NCBI RefSeq assembly: GCF_035084215.1
Contig: NC_090358.1
Location: 27,280,001-27,344,000, forward strand
From: Heptranchias perlo
Taxonomy: Eukaryota
DNA length: 64,000 nucleotides
Direction: 5' to 3'
The position numbers were made by a program, and so were the translations under genes. Shown piece by piece: positions 1-10,912 of the stretch; position 1 is the stretch's first letter, and each line of letters begins with the position of its first letter. The notes under the pieces are model-generated. The model was not told the origin of the DNA. It saw nothing but the letters and a program-made list of their open reading frames with translations, and did not search any database.

Positions 1-7
1 GGTGGTA

Positions 8-563
8 TTTTTTTTATTCGTTCTTGGCATGTGGGCGTCGCTGGGCGAGGCCAGCATTTATTGCCCATCCCTAATTGCCCTTGAGAAGGTGGTGGTGAGC
101 CGCCTTCTTGAAGCTCTGCATCCGTGTGGTGAAGGTTCTCCCACAGTGTTGTTAGGAAGGGAGTTCCAGGATTTTGACCCAGCGACGATGAAGGAACGGC
201 GATATATTTCCAAGTCGGGATGGTTTGTGCAGGTGGTGTTGCTCCCATGTGCCTGCTGCTCTTGTCCTTCTAGGTGGTAGAGGTCGTGGGTTTGGGAGAT
301 GCTGTTGAAGAAGCCTTGGCGAGTTGCTGCAGTGCATCCTGTGGATGGTACACACTGCAGCCACTGTGCACCGGTGGTGAAAGGAGTGAATGTTTAGGGT
401 GGTGGATAGGGTGCCAATCAAGTAGGCTGCTTTGTCCTGGATGGTGTCGAGCTTCTTGAGTGTTGTTGGAGCTGCACTCATCCAGGCAAGTGGAGAGTAT
501 TCCATCACACTCCTGACTTGTGCCTTGTAGATGGTGGAAAGGCTTTGGGGAGTCAGGAGGTGA
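8..563 (-). mobile_element. 3' fragment of APE-RT LINE 'family B' (CR1/L2-superclade-like)
   Basis: ORF 152..508 (MEYSPLAWMSAAPTTLKKLDTIQDKAA) is a post-RT LINE ORF2 region. The minus-strand tail ...GGGATGGGCAATAAATGCTGG...GAATAAAAAAAA recurs at ~9595, 10913, 20886 and 38992. Confidence 0.85.
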
Positions 564-1149
564 GATAATTTAGGAGTGAGAGAAAAATAATCTGAGTGTG
601 TTGATTGAATTATTTAACGGACACCTCGGAAAAAATATCACCTACAAAAGACACAAACGCAAGAGTACAAGGCAGATCATAAAATTAAGGTCAGTATATC
701 CCTGTGTCAACCCAAGCCTTACAACTCAGAACACAGCAACTTACTCAATTGTACAAAATGAAAACTTGTGACTCTTTCTTTGTGGGGGATCATCCAGTCA
801 TTGAGGTTAATCGATGAAACAATTGAGGACATCTTCCCCAGGCTAAACGTTGAGATCGCCAAGACAGTTTGAAGAGGAATAGGATTGCACATGGCATCAG
901 CCCCAGTACCATGAAGTGAAAAGGTTCTGATGTAATATTAAATAGAACCCCGGGTGTACGCAGAGCTGAGCAAACCACAGAGCTTCGGGGAAGTTTTCAG
1001 GAAGATCCAAGGGTGCAGCCAATGAGAGCCAGGCCAAAGCCGAGGACTCAGAAGTCGAACGAGCAGGTTCCCGAGTACGTGCGGTCTGGGTCAACACGAA
1101 CAACGCTCCAATCACAGCCAGGCTTGGGGGTTGGGGGGGGGGGGTGGGG

Positions 1150-1532
1150 AGATGGTGTAACAGAGGTCTTTAAAATGATGACAGGGTTTGATAGGGTAGA
1201 TGTGGAGAAGATGTTTCCACTTGTGGGGGAGTCCAAAATTAGGGGCCTTAAATATAAGATAGTCACTAATAAATTCAATAAAGAATTCAGGAGAAACTTT
1301 TTTACTCAGAGAGTGATGAGAATGTGGAACTTGCTACCATAAGGAGTAGTTGAGGCGAATAGCATAGGTGCATTTAGGGGGAAGCCAGATAGGTACATGA
1401 GGGAGAAAGGAATAGAAGACTATGTAGATAGGTTGAGATGAAGTAGGGTAGGGAGGATGCTTGTGTGGAGCATAGGCCAGTTGGGCCGAATGGCCTGTTT
1501 CTGTGTTGTAAATTCTATGTAATTCTATGTAA
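1150..1532 (+). mobile_element. CR1 LINE 3' fragment
   Basis: EVFKMMTGFDRVDVEKMFP...RRNFFTQRVMRMWNLLP, then the GGCCGAATGGCC hairpin and an (ATTCTATGTA)2 tail. Confidence 0.9.
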
Positions 1533-2014
1533 ATTGGCAAAGAAATATCACATTACAAAGGTGTGCTTCATTGTATAAGTGGGACAGCAAATAATACTTC
1601 TAAAGGCTTCTTTGTAGATATAAAATAGAAGGCTGACTGCACTAAAGAGAGGCCTACACCAGAGGGGAAAACAATATTAACTAAAGACAAGATTCATCAC
1701 TGGAGAAATCAAACAATTAAATCGACAAAGAATACACCAAACTCTGAGCTTTGAATTCCAGTCGGCCTAAACAGACTCAAAGTCACCCCCATCACATTGA
1801 AGTTCACAGCTGTTTACTTGTTTTTCTCAATTCTCATTAACTTTTGAAAATTTAAATAAATTATAATTTTCCTAATAAGAATTCCCTATTTGTTAGTCTG
1901 TACTGGTCCATACGGGCCGAATGGCCTCCTTCTGTGCTGTAACCACTCTATGATTCTGTGATACTAGGTGATGCTCTAAATAAATGCATGCCAAAGGATT
2001 TCACACCTTCTCAG

Positions 2015-2460
2015 CTGCCGGCCGTGGCTCAATTGGTAAAACTCTCACCTCTGAGTCAGAAAGTCGTTAGTTCGAGACCCACCCCAGAGACCTGAGCACA
2101 AAATCTAAGCTGACACTCCAGTGCAGTACTGAGGGAGTGCTGCACTGTCGGAGGTGCCGTCTTTCAGATGAGATGTTAAACTGAGGCCCCGTCTGCCCTC
2201 TCATGTGGACGTAAAAGATTCCATGGCACTACTTCGAAGAAGAGCAGGGGAGTTTTCCCCGGAATCCTGGTTATTATTTATCCCTCAACCAACATCACTA
2301 AAAAACAGATTAGCACTTTATTGTCAGGTTGCCTTCGTGGGATTTGGCTGCTGTGTTTCCTACATTTCAACAGTGACTACACTTCTAAAGATTGGCTGTA
2401 AAGCACTTTGGGACGTCCTGTGGTTGTGAAAGGCACTATATAAATGCAAATCTTTCTTTC
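2015..2460 (+). mobile_element. tRNA-derived DeuSINE (SacSINE1-like), near full length
   Basis: A/B-box head (TGGCTCAATTGG...GTTCGAGACC), Deu-domain core GGAGGTGCCGTCTTTCAGATGAGATGTTAAACTGAGG...AAAGATTCCATGGCAC, and L2-type tail GGCACTATATAAATGCAA. The family name is from memory. Confidence 0.8.
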
Positions 2461-2597
2461 AGTGAGGAGCAGCTCGATAATTATCAAGGTTTTAAATGGG
2501 CTCAAAGGAACTAGAAATTACTTCACAGCAAGAAAACAGAAAGAGCAGTACTGTTCAGTCCCAGATGGAACTAATTACAGTAACCGGTGCGTGTTAC

Positions 2598-2708
2598 CTG
2601 GGCGAATACATGTTGATGTTTGGAAAGAACCGAGCCAGTAAAGAGATGCTTAACAACGTTGAGGTCTAAGATCTGGTCTCCAATGGCAACACCGATTCTG
2701 TGGGTAGG
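2598..2708 (-). CDS. FAH: Fumarylacetoacetase, coding exon 2 (111 nt, [37 protein letters not shown])
   Basis: Acceptor ctctctttttctctctccAG, donor CAG|GTAACA, phase 0-0. The peptide and exon length match mammalian FAH exon 2 ([14 protein letters not shown] motif). Not shown in this frame in the ORF track. Confidence 0.96.
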
Positions 2709-2744
2709 CTGGAGAGAGAAAAAGAGAGCACAGGTTAATCAAAA

Positions 2745-2890
2745 TAGAACTAGATAAGTATTTGAAAAGGAAGTATATAAAAATACAGGGAAAGGGCAGA
2801 GGAATGGGATTAGAGTAGACAGCTCCAGTTGAAGAGTTAGCACTGGGACAGGCACAATGGGCCGAATGGCCTCTTCCTATATTGTAATTT
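2745..2890 (+). mobile_element. CR1 3' tail fragment
   Basis: GAACTAGATAAGTATTTGAAAAGG...GGGCCGAATGGCCTCTTCCT CR1 3' UTR motifs. Confidence 0.7.
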
Positions 2891-2964
2891 CTAATATTAT
2901 ACAAATTTCTGCTGTTGAGCATTTCACACATTAGTTTGGAGGCCCCTCAGCCATTCAGTATAAG

Positions 2965-3680
2965 GGAGCAAAGGGACTTGGATGTTCTTGTACACAAGTC
3001 ATTTAAAGCTAGTGGAAAGGTACAAAAAGAATTCAAAAAGGCTAATGGAATGTTGGCCTTTATCTCAATGGGGCTGGAATACAAAGGGGAGGAATTGATG
3101 CTTCAGTTGTAGAGCTTTGGTCAGACCCCATCTGGAGATACTATGCTCAGTTTTTGGCACAACACCTCAGGAAGGATATATTGGCCTCGGAGGGGGTGCA
3201 GCCCAGATTCACCAAAACGATACCGGGGCTAAAAGAGTTAAATTATGAGGACAGGTTGCAGAGACTTGGATTTTATTCCCTCGAGTTTACAAGATAGAGG
3301 GTGATCTACTCGAGGAGTTTAAAATGATAAAAGAATTCGATAGGATAGATAAAGAGAAACTATTTCCTTTGATTGGGGGAATGAAGAACGAGGGGACATA
3401 ATCTTAAAATTCGAGCCAGGCCGTTTAGGAAGAAATCAGGAAGCACTTCTTCACACAAAGAGTAGTGAAAATCTGGAACTCTCTCCCAAAAGGCTGTTGA
3501 TGCTGGGGGTTAATTGGAGCTTTCAAGCCTGAGATTGATAGATTTTTGTTGGACGAGGGTATCAAGGGATATGGAGTTAAGGTGGTAAATGGAGTTGAGG
3601 TAAAAATTAGCCATGAACTAACTGAATGGCGGAACAGGCTCGAGGGGCTGAATGGCCCACTCCTGTTCCTGATGTTCCTA
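2965..3680 (+). mobile_element. CR1 LINE 3' fragment
   Basis: EQRDLDVLVHKS...KKANGMLAFISMGLEYK, ending in the GGCTGAATGGCCCACTCCTGTTCCT tail. Confidence 0.9.
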
Positions 3681-3699
3681 AGGTGATTGATCCCATCCA

Positions 3700-3880
3700 C
3701 GGTGTGTGCTGAGTTACTTAATAGCAGCCAGGATGGTCGTGTGGTCCACAATTGAATTAGGAAGGACAGAGGGTGGGAGCCAGAGTTCCTGATCACAATC
3801 CAATGAACCCTGTTGCAAAGTGCACATTTGAAGGCCAGATGAGAACAGGATGGCACTGGGCTGGGCTGGGCTGGGCTGCA
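3700..3880 (+). mobile_element. Old, degraded SINE-like interspersed repeat (family also at ~17300-17570 +, 23255-23600 -, 44480-44740 -, 50790-50920 -, 52000-52280 -)
   Basis: The copies share degenerate blocks (GTTAGCTGATCTCAGCC / ACAATTGGCCTCAGTG / GGTTCCTGCTCCTGATC). Confidence 0.5.
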
Positions 3881-4801
3881 GTATATCACAGATACGCTGC
3901 TATATTCATTAACCAGGTTCACACACAAAATCTGACGAGGTAACAGAGTGACACAGCCAACTGCGGAATTGTGGCCACATCAATGAGCACTTTAGGGGAG
4001 TCTTACTAAACAAAAAAACAGGTGGGAGGAGAGGAAGCACTTTAGCAGCTGTCTGAAGTCTCCTAAAAAAAAACAGAAATGACTCAATTCTACCCGACTG
4101 TACTCTGTGATTTATATGTTGTGCAATTTTCTGTAGTGCCAAGTAGAGTTGATGAAATGTGGCACACTTTAAAACTGTGCATATGCAAATCACCTTTATG
4201 TACAGCTACAATTCGATTAGTTAGTTATGAGCCGTGAAATGCATGATGTAGATTTTCTGCTCAAGTTACGCCAGCTCCCTGGGGAGAATGTGACAGAAAT
4301 ATCTTCGGAGAGCGCTCTGCTGACCCCATGCCCTGCACCGCCAATTCCAGAATGTTCCACCAGAGGTGATGCGGGAAGGCCTGACATACCATGTTGTTAT
4401 GGCAGTGGGGGAATTAAAAAATGAAAGGGTTGTCTTTCAGTGTGTAATTAATTAATTAATTTGCTCTTGGGATGTGGATGGCACTGGCAAGGCAAGGCAG
4501 TGCCAACCCTAGCAGGTCTGACTCAATACCCTCAAATCAACTCATGGACGGCCAATGAACAGTGTTGCTCAAGGACCAAGTTACCAAGAACCAATAAGTA
4601 AAGCCTGGTAGGGTCTGACTGTAGGTGTGGGGAGCACGGGTCCTAACTGATAAAAGGCAAATGTAGGACCAATGTCAGGAAGTTGTTTTTTTATACAAAC
4701 TTGGAATTATACTTCGACATATAAAACCCTGGAACCATTAGAATCTTTCCAGATGGATGAGCCAGGAGAGACCAAATGGCCTTTCTCACCTGTATTGATC
4801 T

Positions 4802-5121
4802 ATTTGGATGAGACGTTAAACAGAGGCCCCATCTGCCCTCTCAGGTGGACGTAAAAGATCCCATGGCACTATTCGAAGAAGAGCAGGGAAGTTCTCCCCG
4901 GTGTCCTGGCCAAAATTTACCCCTCAACCAACATCACTAAAATACAGATTATCTTGTCATTATCACATTGCTGTTTGTGGGACCTTGCTGTGCTCAAATT
5001 GGCTGCCACATTTCCTACATTACAACAGCGACTACACTTCGAAAGTACGTCATCGGCTGTAAAGGGCTTTGGGACGTCCTGAGGTCATGAGAGGCACTGT
5101 ATAAATGCAAGACTTCCTTTC
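4802..5121 (+). mobile_element. 5'-truncated DeuSINE with 9-bp TSD
   Basis: Deu core GGATGAGACGTTAAACAGAGGCCCC...AAAGATCCCATGGCAC plus L2-type tail. TATTGATCT flanks it at 4793-4801 and 5122-5130. Confidence 0.85.
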
Positions 5122-6292
5122 TATTGATCTGATATTGTGCAGTGTTCTGAGTGGGCGCTTTACAAAGGTTTACAATTGTACCATCATTATTGAGGAAATA
5201 ATCTATGTATGAAGTGGTACATACTAATCAATGAATAAATTAAGGAAACCAGGACCCGGGGATCGAAGGGCATCATATGATTGAATTACAAAAGTTGTAT
5301 GAACTCCGACACAGTGTGTCAACACACCACAAGGTATTCCTCTGCATATGAAACAGGAATGAAGCAGACTTTTAAAAAGGCCCTGGACACAGAAGTGATA
5401 TAAAAGAAACCATTTTATTCTAATAAACCCATAAAATTTTGGATAAACAAAAAACTTCTGTGTTTAGATATTTTGAAAAATGAAGTACTGCATAGCTAAC
5501 TTCACCACACTATTCTCTGCAAAGAAATGAATAGAGAAAACAATTATAAGCACATACTTCTCTAAGGTTCCTTTATAAGTACGGATGAATCTCTTGTGGT
5601 ATTGTTCAGAGTGAGTCAGAGCATATGCAGCTTTGTAACAGGAGCCTGTACCATGTAACACACAATAGATTATTATAAACTAGCTGATCTTCTCTGGGGT
5701 TGTAATGGTTAGTCTGGTGTCATCTAATCATATTCCTCCTTGATTTACTTCACCTCTCTTTTCAGCCTGTACTGGACAAAAAAAAAGAGATTCTTCACAG
5801 AGCCATTTCTGTCACTTGCGCAGATGTGGGACGGTGGGCATTGGTGAGTGGGCATCGAGCACCTTTCATGTAGCCTGATCTGCCTGGCATCCCTCTCCTT
5901 CGAAACAGCTCAGATAACGGATTCCTCCCCTTAGCACCATGCCCATCTTGAATGAGACCATGCCAAACATTACAATCTCACTCAGAACCCAGACTGACCA
6001 TGAGCAACGCCAGAGATCACTCTCTGTGTCATCACCTATTAAAAAAATTAAACAAAAATAAACATTTTCTAGGATTAGAAATTTAGGAGTGCTGCTTCCT
6101 TCACCCAAGAGATTGAACAGTTTAGCAGTTAGATTCTATGACTGTGTTAGGTATATTTGGGATGAGTAGCTGTAAATCATTAACATAATTTCTGCAGTCC
6201 TCTTTATTTTCAACAATTTGAGACACCCTGTTGACTTTTCTAACAATGATTGCTGATGATGTGGACCTCCTGATAACAATCCAAGGGGATCA

Positions 6293-7808
6293 ATCATAGA
6301 ACAGTTACAGCACAGAAGGAGGCCATTCGGCCCATCGAGTCCACGCCGGCTCTATGCAAAGCAATCCAGCTAATCCCACTCTCCCGCCTTTTCCCCGTAG
6401 CTCTGCAAATTTTTTCCTTTCAAGTACTTATCCAGTTCCCTTTTGAAGGCCATGATTGAATCTGCCTCCACCACCCCCTCGGGCAGTGCATTCCAGATCT
6501 TAACCACTCGCTGCGTAAAAAAGTTTTTCCTCATGTCACCTTTGGTTCTTTTGCCAATCACCTTAAATCTATGTCCTCTGGTTCTTGACCCTTCCGCCAA
6601 TGGCAACAGTTTCTCTCTATCTACTCTGTCTGGACCCTTCATGATTTTGAATACCTCTACCAAATCTCTTCGCAACCGTCTCTGTTCCGAGGAGAACAAC
6701 CCCAGCTTCTCCAGTCTATCCACGTAACTAATGTCCCTCATCCCTGGAATCATTCTAGTAAATCTCTTCTGCACCCTCTCTAAGGTCTTCACATCTTTCC
6801 TAAAGTGCAGTGCCTAGAACTGGACACAATATTCCAGTTGTGGCCGAACCAGTGTTTTATAAAGGTTCATCATGACTTCCTTGCTTTTGTACTCTATGCC
6901 TCTATTTATAAAGCCCAGAATCCTGTATGCTTTTTTAACCGCTTTCTCAACCTGCTCTGCCACCTTCAACGATTTGTGCACATATACCCCCAGATCTCTC
7001 TGTTCCTGTACCCCTTTTAGAGTTGTGCCCTCTAGTTTATATTGCCTCTCCTCGTTCTTCCTACCGAAGTGTATCACTTCGCATTTTTCTGCATTAAATT
7101 TCATCTGCCACGTGTCCGCCCATTCCACCAGCCTGTCTATATCCTTTTGAAGTCTATCACTATCCTCCTCACTGTTCACTACCCTTCCACGTTTTGTGTC
7201 ATCTGCAAATTTGGAAATTGTGCCCTGTACACCCAGGTCCAAGTCATTAATATATATCAAGAAAAGCAGTGGTCCCAGCACTGACCCCTGGGGAACACCA
7301 CTGTACACCTCCCTCCAGTCCGAAAAACAACCGTTCACAACTACTCTCTGTTTCCTGTCCCTTGTGTATTCATGTTGCTACTGCCCCCTTTATTCCATGG
7401 GCCGCAATCTTGATAAGCCTATCACTTGGAACTTTATCAAATGCCTTTTGAAAGTCCATATCAACCGCATTGCCCTCATCTACCCTCTCTGTTACCTCAA
7501 CAAAAAACTCTATCAAGTTAGTTAAACACGATTTGCGTTTAACAAATCCGAGCTGGCTTTCCCTAATCAATCCACGCTCGTCCAAGTGATTGTTAATTCT
7601 GTCCCGGATTATCGTTTCTAAAAGTTTACCCACCACTGAGGTTAAACTGACTGGCCTATAGTTGCTGGGTTTATCCTTACACCCTTTTTTGAACAAGGGT
7701 GTAACATTTGCAATTCTCCAGTCCTCTGGCACCACCCCCGTATCTACAGATGTTTGGAAGATTATGGACAGTACCTCCGCAATTTCCACCCTTACTTCCC
7801 TCAGCAAC
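6293..7808 (-). mobile_element. CR1 LINE, 5'-truncated, RT region plus 3' tail (FAH intron 1)
   Basis: ORFs 7370..7840, 6814..7338 (GVPQGSVLGP...KFADD) and 6370..6792. Same subfamily as 31610-35370. Confidence 0.95.
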
Positions 7809-7819
7809 TTATGAGTGGT

Positions 7820-7886
7820 GACCAGTATCAGTAGTGTCAAAATCCTACTTCACAGCAGCAGGATTGTGAAACTACTGATACTGGTC
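7820..7886. repeat. Inverted repeat / hairpin (27-bp arms, 2 mismatches, 13-nt spacer)
   Basis: GACCAGTATCAGTAGTGTCAAAATCCT (7820-7846) pairs with AGGATTGTGAAACTACTGATACTGGTC (7860-7886). Confidence 0.9.
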
Positions 7887-8419
7887 TCAGACCGATGGCT
7901 GTGCAGCGCAATGCAGGGCTGGCAGACACAAGTTAGCCCTGTGTATAGCATGCAAGTGGATTCACTTGATCCATACAATGGGATCTTCCTTTAAATTGCT
8001 TTAAATTAAATTTACATTTCTTTAAATAACAAGGGGGATTAAATTACTCCCTCTTGATCACATTGCTATAAGTTTCTGTCTTATAAGCTTCTAGTACGGA
8101 TTGTGGGTATGAAAAGGGCAGCCTCGCAAAATCCCTGGCCAACTGATAATGTTGCTATTGCACCTTGAGAAGTCAATATCCTGCAACTAGATTTACTTCT
8201 CGAAAATAATCACTACAGTCACCCGAGGTGTCTCTTCACATCATATAAGTTATTATACAATGGTAATCAGCAGATATGTATCTTTGTACCTGAGTGCATG
8301 CCCTCCCTCTCCACCCCACCAGCCTTACCCTGGCTCAGATCTCTGTGCCACTTCCAGACGTGGCCAATTGGACGACGGTGGCACTGGTAGGGAATCTGCA
8401 GAACAGAAGTTCAGGGCTA

Positions 8420-8770
8420 GATTGGCTCAGCGGTAGCACCCCCGCCTAGGCTAACACTCCAGTGCAGTAATGAGGGAGTGCTGCACTGTCAGAGGTGCCT
8501 TCTTTCGGATGAGACATTAAACCGAGGCCCCGTCTGCCCTCTCAGGTGGATACAAAAGATCCCACTGCACTATTTCGAAGAGGAGCAGTGGAGTGCTCCC
8601 GTTGTCCTGGCCAACATTTATCCCTCAATCAATGTCACTTAAAAAAATAGATTATCATTTATCTCATTGCTGTTTCTGGGATCTTGCAGTGCACTTCAGA
8701 AATATTTCACTGGCTGAAATATCTCACTTTGGGAGGTCCTGAGAATGTGAAAGGCGCTATATAAATGCTC
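8420..8770 (+). mobile_element. DeuSINE copy (internally deleted)
   Basis: TGGCTCAGCGGTAGCA head, Deu core TCTTTCGGATGAGACATTAAACCGAGGCCCC, tail GGCGCTATATAAATGC. Confidence 0.8.
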
Positions 8771-9167
8771 AATAGCTGACGGACACCATGCGCATTGTAC
8801 ATCAGGGAAGTCACTTTTTAAAACATATTTCCAAACAAAAACAAAGCAAACTGATCAGAAAAAAAACCCATCCACTAGGAGCGCACGGGCCCAAGGGGGT
8901 TTCTTCCGCCATCTCAGGGTTTTGATGTTTCAATTTTACGGACGAGAGTTTATAAGAACAATCGTTTTATCTCCAGTCCTGCACTGGGTGTTAAAGTTAA
9001 AATTGCCCCCGAGCCATTCACAGCCCAGGCGCTAAAGTTTGTCAATTTCAGCCACTTTGCCGCGCTGATTGAAACTGACAGCTCTCCTCGTCACATCTGC
9101 TGCTCGTATGAACGATTCTGAAATCCATTCTCGCCCCTTTGCAAGAAATACATTTCGATTCACTTAC

Positions 9168-9248
9168 GTCGTTTGCGGTGGAAAATACACCGAAAGGCAG
9201 GTTCTGGATCGGGAAATCCGAGTGTTCTGCTACTTTCACGAAGGACAT
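9168..9248 (-). CDS. FAH: Fumarylacetoacetase, coding exon 1 (81 nt, MSFVKVAEHSDFPIQNLPFGVFSTAND)
   Basis: ATG at 9248 in ACCATG context; donor GAC|GTAAGT at 9167. SDFPIxNLPxGVFST is the FAH N-terminus, and the 27-codon length equals mammalian exon 1. Confidence 0.97.
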
Positions 9249-9500
9249 GGTTAGAGTTGAGAAACGGACCGAATGACCACGGTTCACTTCCTTGTTAAAG
9301 TTTAACAGTCACCCGAACCAATGCAAGCATCTGTGCAGCTGCAACGCCCAGTGTGAGGAGATGCTCAGGTTCTCTCCTTGCTCAATCTGTGTGATCTGTG
9401 CCGCGTTTAATATTAGTTAGGTTGAAAAGATAAAGAGCGCGACCCAGATCAAATGGTTAAATGGCATTGGAACTCTCCACCGGACTCTAAAGCGTGGAGT
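9249..9500 (-). promoter_or_regulatory. Putative FAH 5' UTR / proximal promoter
   Basis: Locally CpG-enriched unique sequence upstream of the ATG. It holds an ETS-like AGGAAGTG (~9285-9292), an HNF1-like palindrome GTTAAAGTTTAAC (9294-9306) and CCAAT (~9318). The TSS cannot be determined from sequence. Confidence 0.5.
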
Positions 9501-9592
9501 TATATTTTTTCTTAATTTTACACTTCTGACATAACGATAGGGTATAAATATTTTAGAGGTGATTTTCTTTTCCATCAGTCCCGCCTGTGGCA

Positions 9593-10912
9593 TTTTTAAA
9601 AATATTCATTCTTGGGATATGGGCATCGTTGGCAAGGTCAGCATTTAATGCTCATCCCTAGTTGCCCTGGAGAAGGTGGTGGAGAGCTGCCTTCCTGAAC
9701 CGTTGGAGTCCATGTGGTGAAGGTGCTGTTGGGTAGGAAGTTCCAGGATTTTGACCCAGCCTCCATGAAGGAGCAGCCATATATTTCCAAGTCAGGATGA
9801 TGCGTGACTGGGAAGGGAACTTGGAGATGATGGTGTTCCCAAGCGAACTGCTTTGTCCTGGATGGTGTCGAGTTTCTTGAGTGTTGTTGGAGCTGCACTC
9901 ATCCAGACAAGTGGAGAGTATTCCATCACACTCCTGACTTGTGCCTTGTTGGTGGTGAAGAGGCTTTGGAGAGTCAGGAGGTGAGCCACTCGCCTCTGAA
10001 TATGCAGCCTCTGACCTGCTGAAGAAGCCATGGCATTTATGTGGCTGGTCCAGTTGAGTTTCTAGTCAATGGTGACCCCCAAGATGTTGATGGTGGGGGA
10101 TTTGGCGATGGTAATGCCATTGAATGTCTTGTGAAGGTGATTAGATTCTCTCTTGTTGGAGATGGTCATTGCCTGGCACTTGTCTGGTGCAAATGTTACT
10201 TGCCACTTATCAGCCCAAGCCTGGATGTTGTCCAGATCTTGCTGCATGCGGGCTCGGACTGCTTCAATATCTGAGGAATTGCTGAACACTGTAATCATCA
10301 GCGATGGTTGAAGATGTTTGTGAACTATTGAGCCTTGTCTTTTGCACTCACGTGCTGGGTTCCACCGTCATTGAGGATGGGGATGTTCATGGAGCCTCCT
10401 CCTCCCGTTAATTGTCCACCATCATTTGCAACTGGATATGGTAGGACTGCAGAGCTTTGATCTGATTCGTTCATTGTGGGATCGCTTAGCTCTGTCTATA
10501 GAACGCTGCTTCCGCTGTTTAGCATGCATATAGTCCTGTGTTGCAACTTCACCAGGTTGGCACCACATTATTAGATACGCCTGGTGCTGCTCCTGGCTTG
10601 CTTTTCTATACTCTTCATTGAACCAGGGTTGATCATCTGTCTTGATGGTGATGGAGGAGTGAAGGATATGCCGGGCCACGAGGTTACAGATTGTGGTGGA
10701 ATACAATTCTGCTGCTGCTGATGGCCCACTGCACCTCATGGAAACCAGTTTTGAGCTGCTATTTCTGTTCTTAATATATCCCACTTAGCACAGTGTTAGT
10801 ATCACACCAATGGAGGGTATCCTCAGTGTGAAGATGGGAATTGGTCTTCGCAAGGACTGTGCAGTGGTCACTTCTACCAATACTGTCATGGACAGATGCA
10901 TTTGCGACAGGT
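9593..10912 (-). mobile_element. LINE family B copy, internally deleted
   Basis: Tail at ~9595. ORF2 pieces at 9792..10031, 10062..10298 (MQQDLDNIQAWADKWQVTF) and 10422..10784 (DQPWFNEE). Confidence 0.85.

Noticed and set aside
790-978. FAH exon 3 (FHFMVLGL resembles NSFMGLG)
   Set aside because: The similarity is limited to a few residues, the following WKEAR motif is absent, and there are no fitting splice sites. Exon 3 presumably lies left of the window.
1126-1150. G-runs as functional G-quadruplexes (also 13616-13650) and (CTGGG)n at ~3856-3877
   Set aside because: Simple low-complexity tracts next to TE junctions, with no supporting context.
2020-2085. tRNA genes at A/B-box sequences (also ~46680 and 42557-43306)
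   Set aside because: They are degenerate heads continuous with SINE or LINE bodies, with no intact cloverleaf.
5866-6036. Exon-like acceptor (ttttttaatAG) and 80-aa ORF in FAH intron 1
   Set aside because: No FAH or other recognisable similarity, it runs into a stop, and exons 1 and 2 already join in frame.
9249-9287. N-terminal extension of FAH in ORF 9048..9287
   Set aside because: It begins at GTG. The conserved start is the ATG at 9248, and the ORF's C-terminal part is intron read-through.
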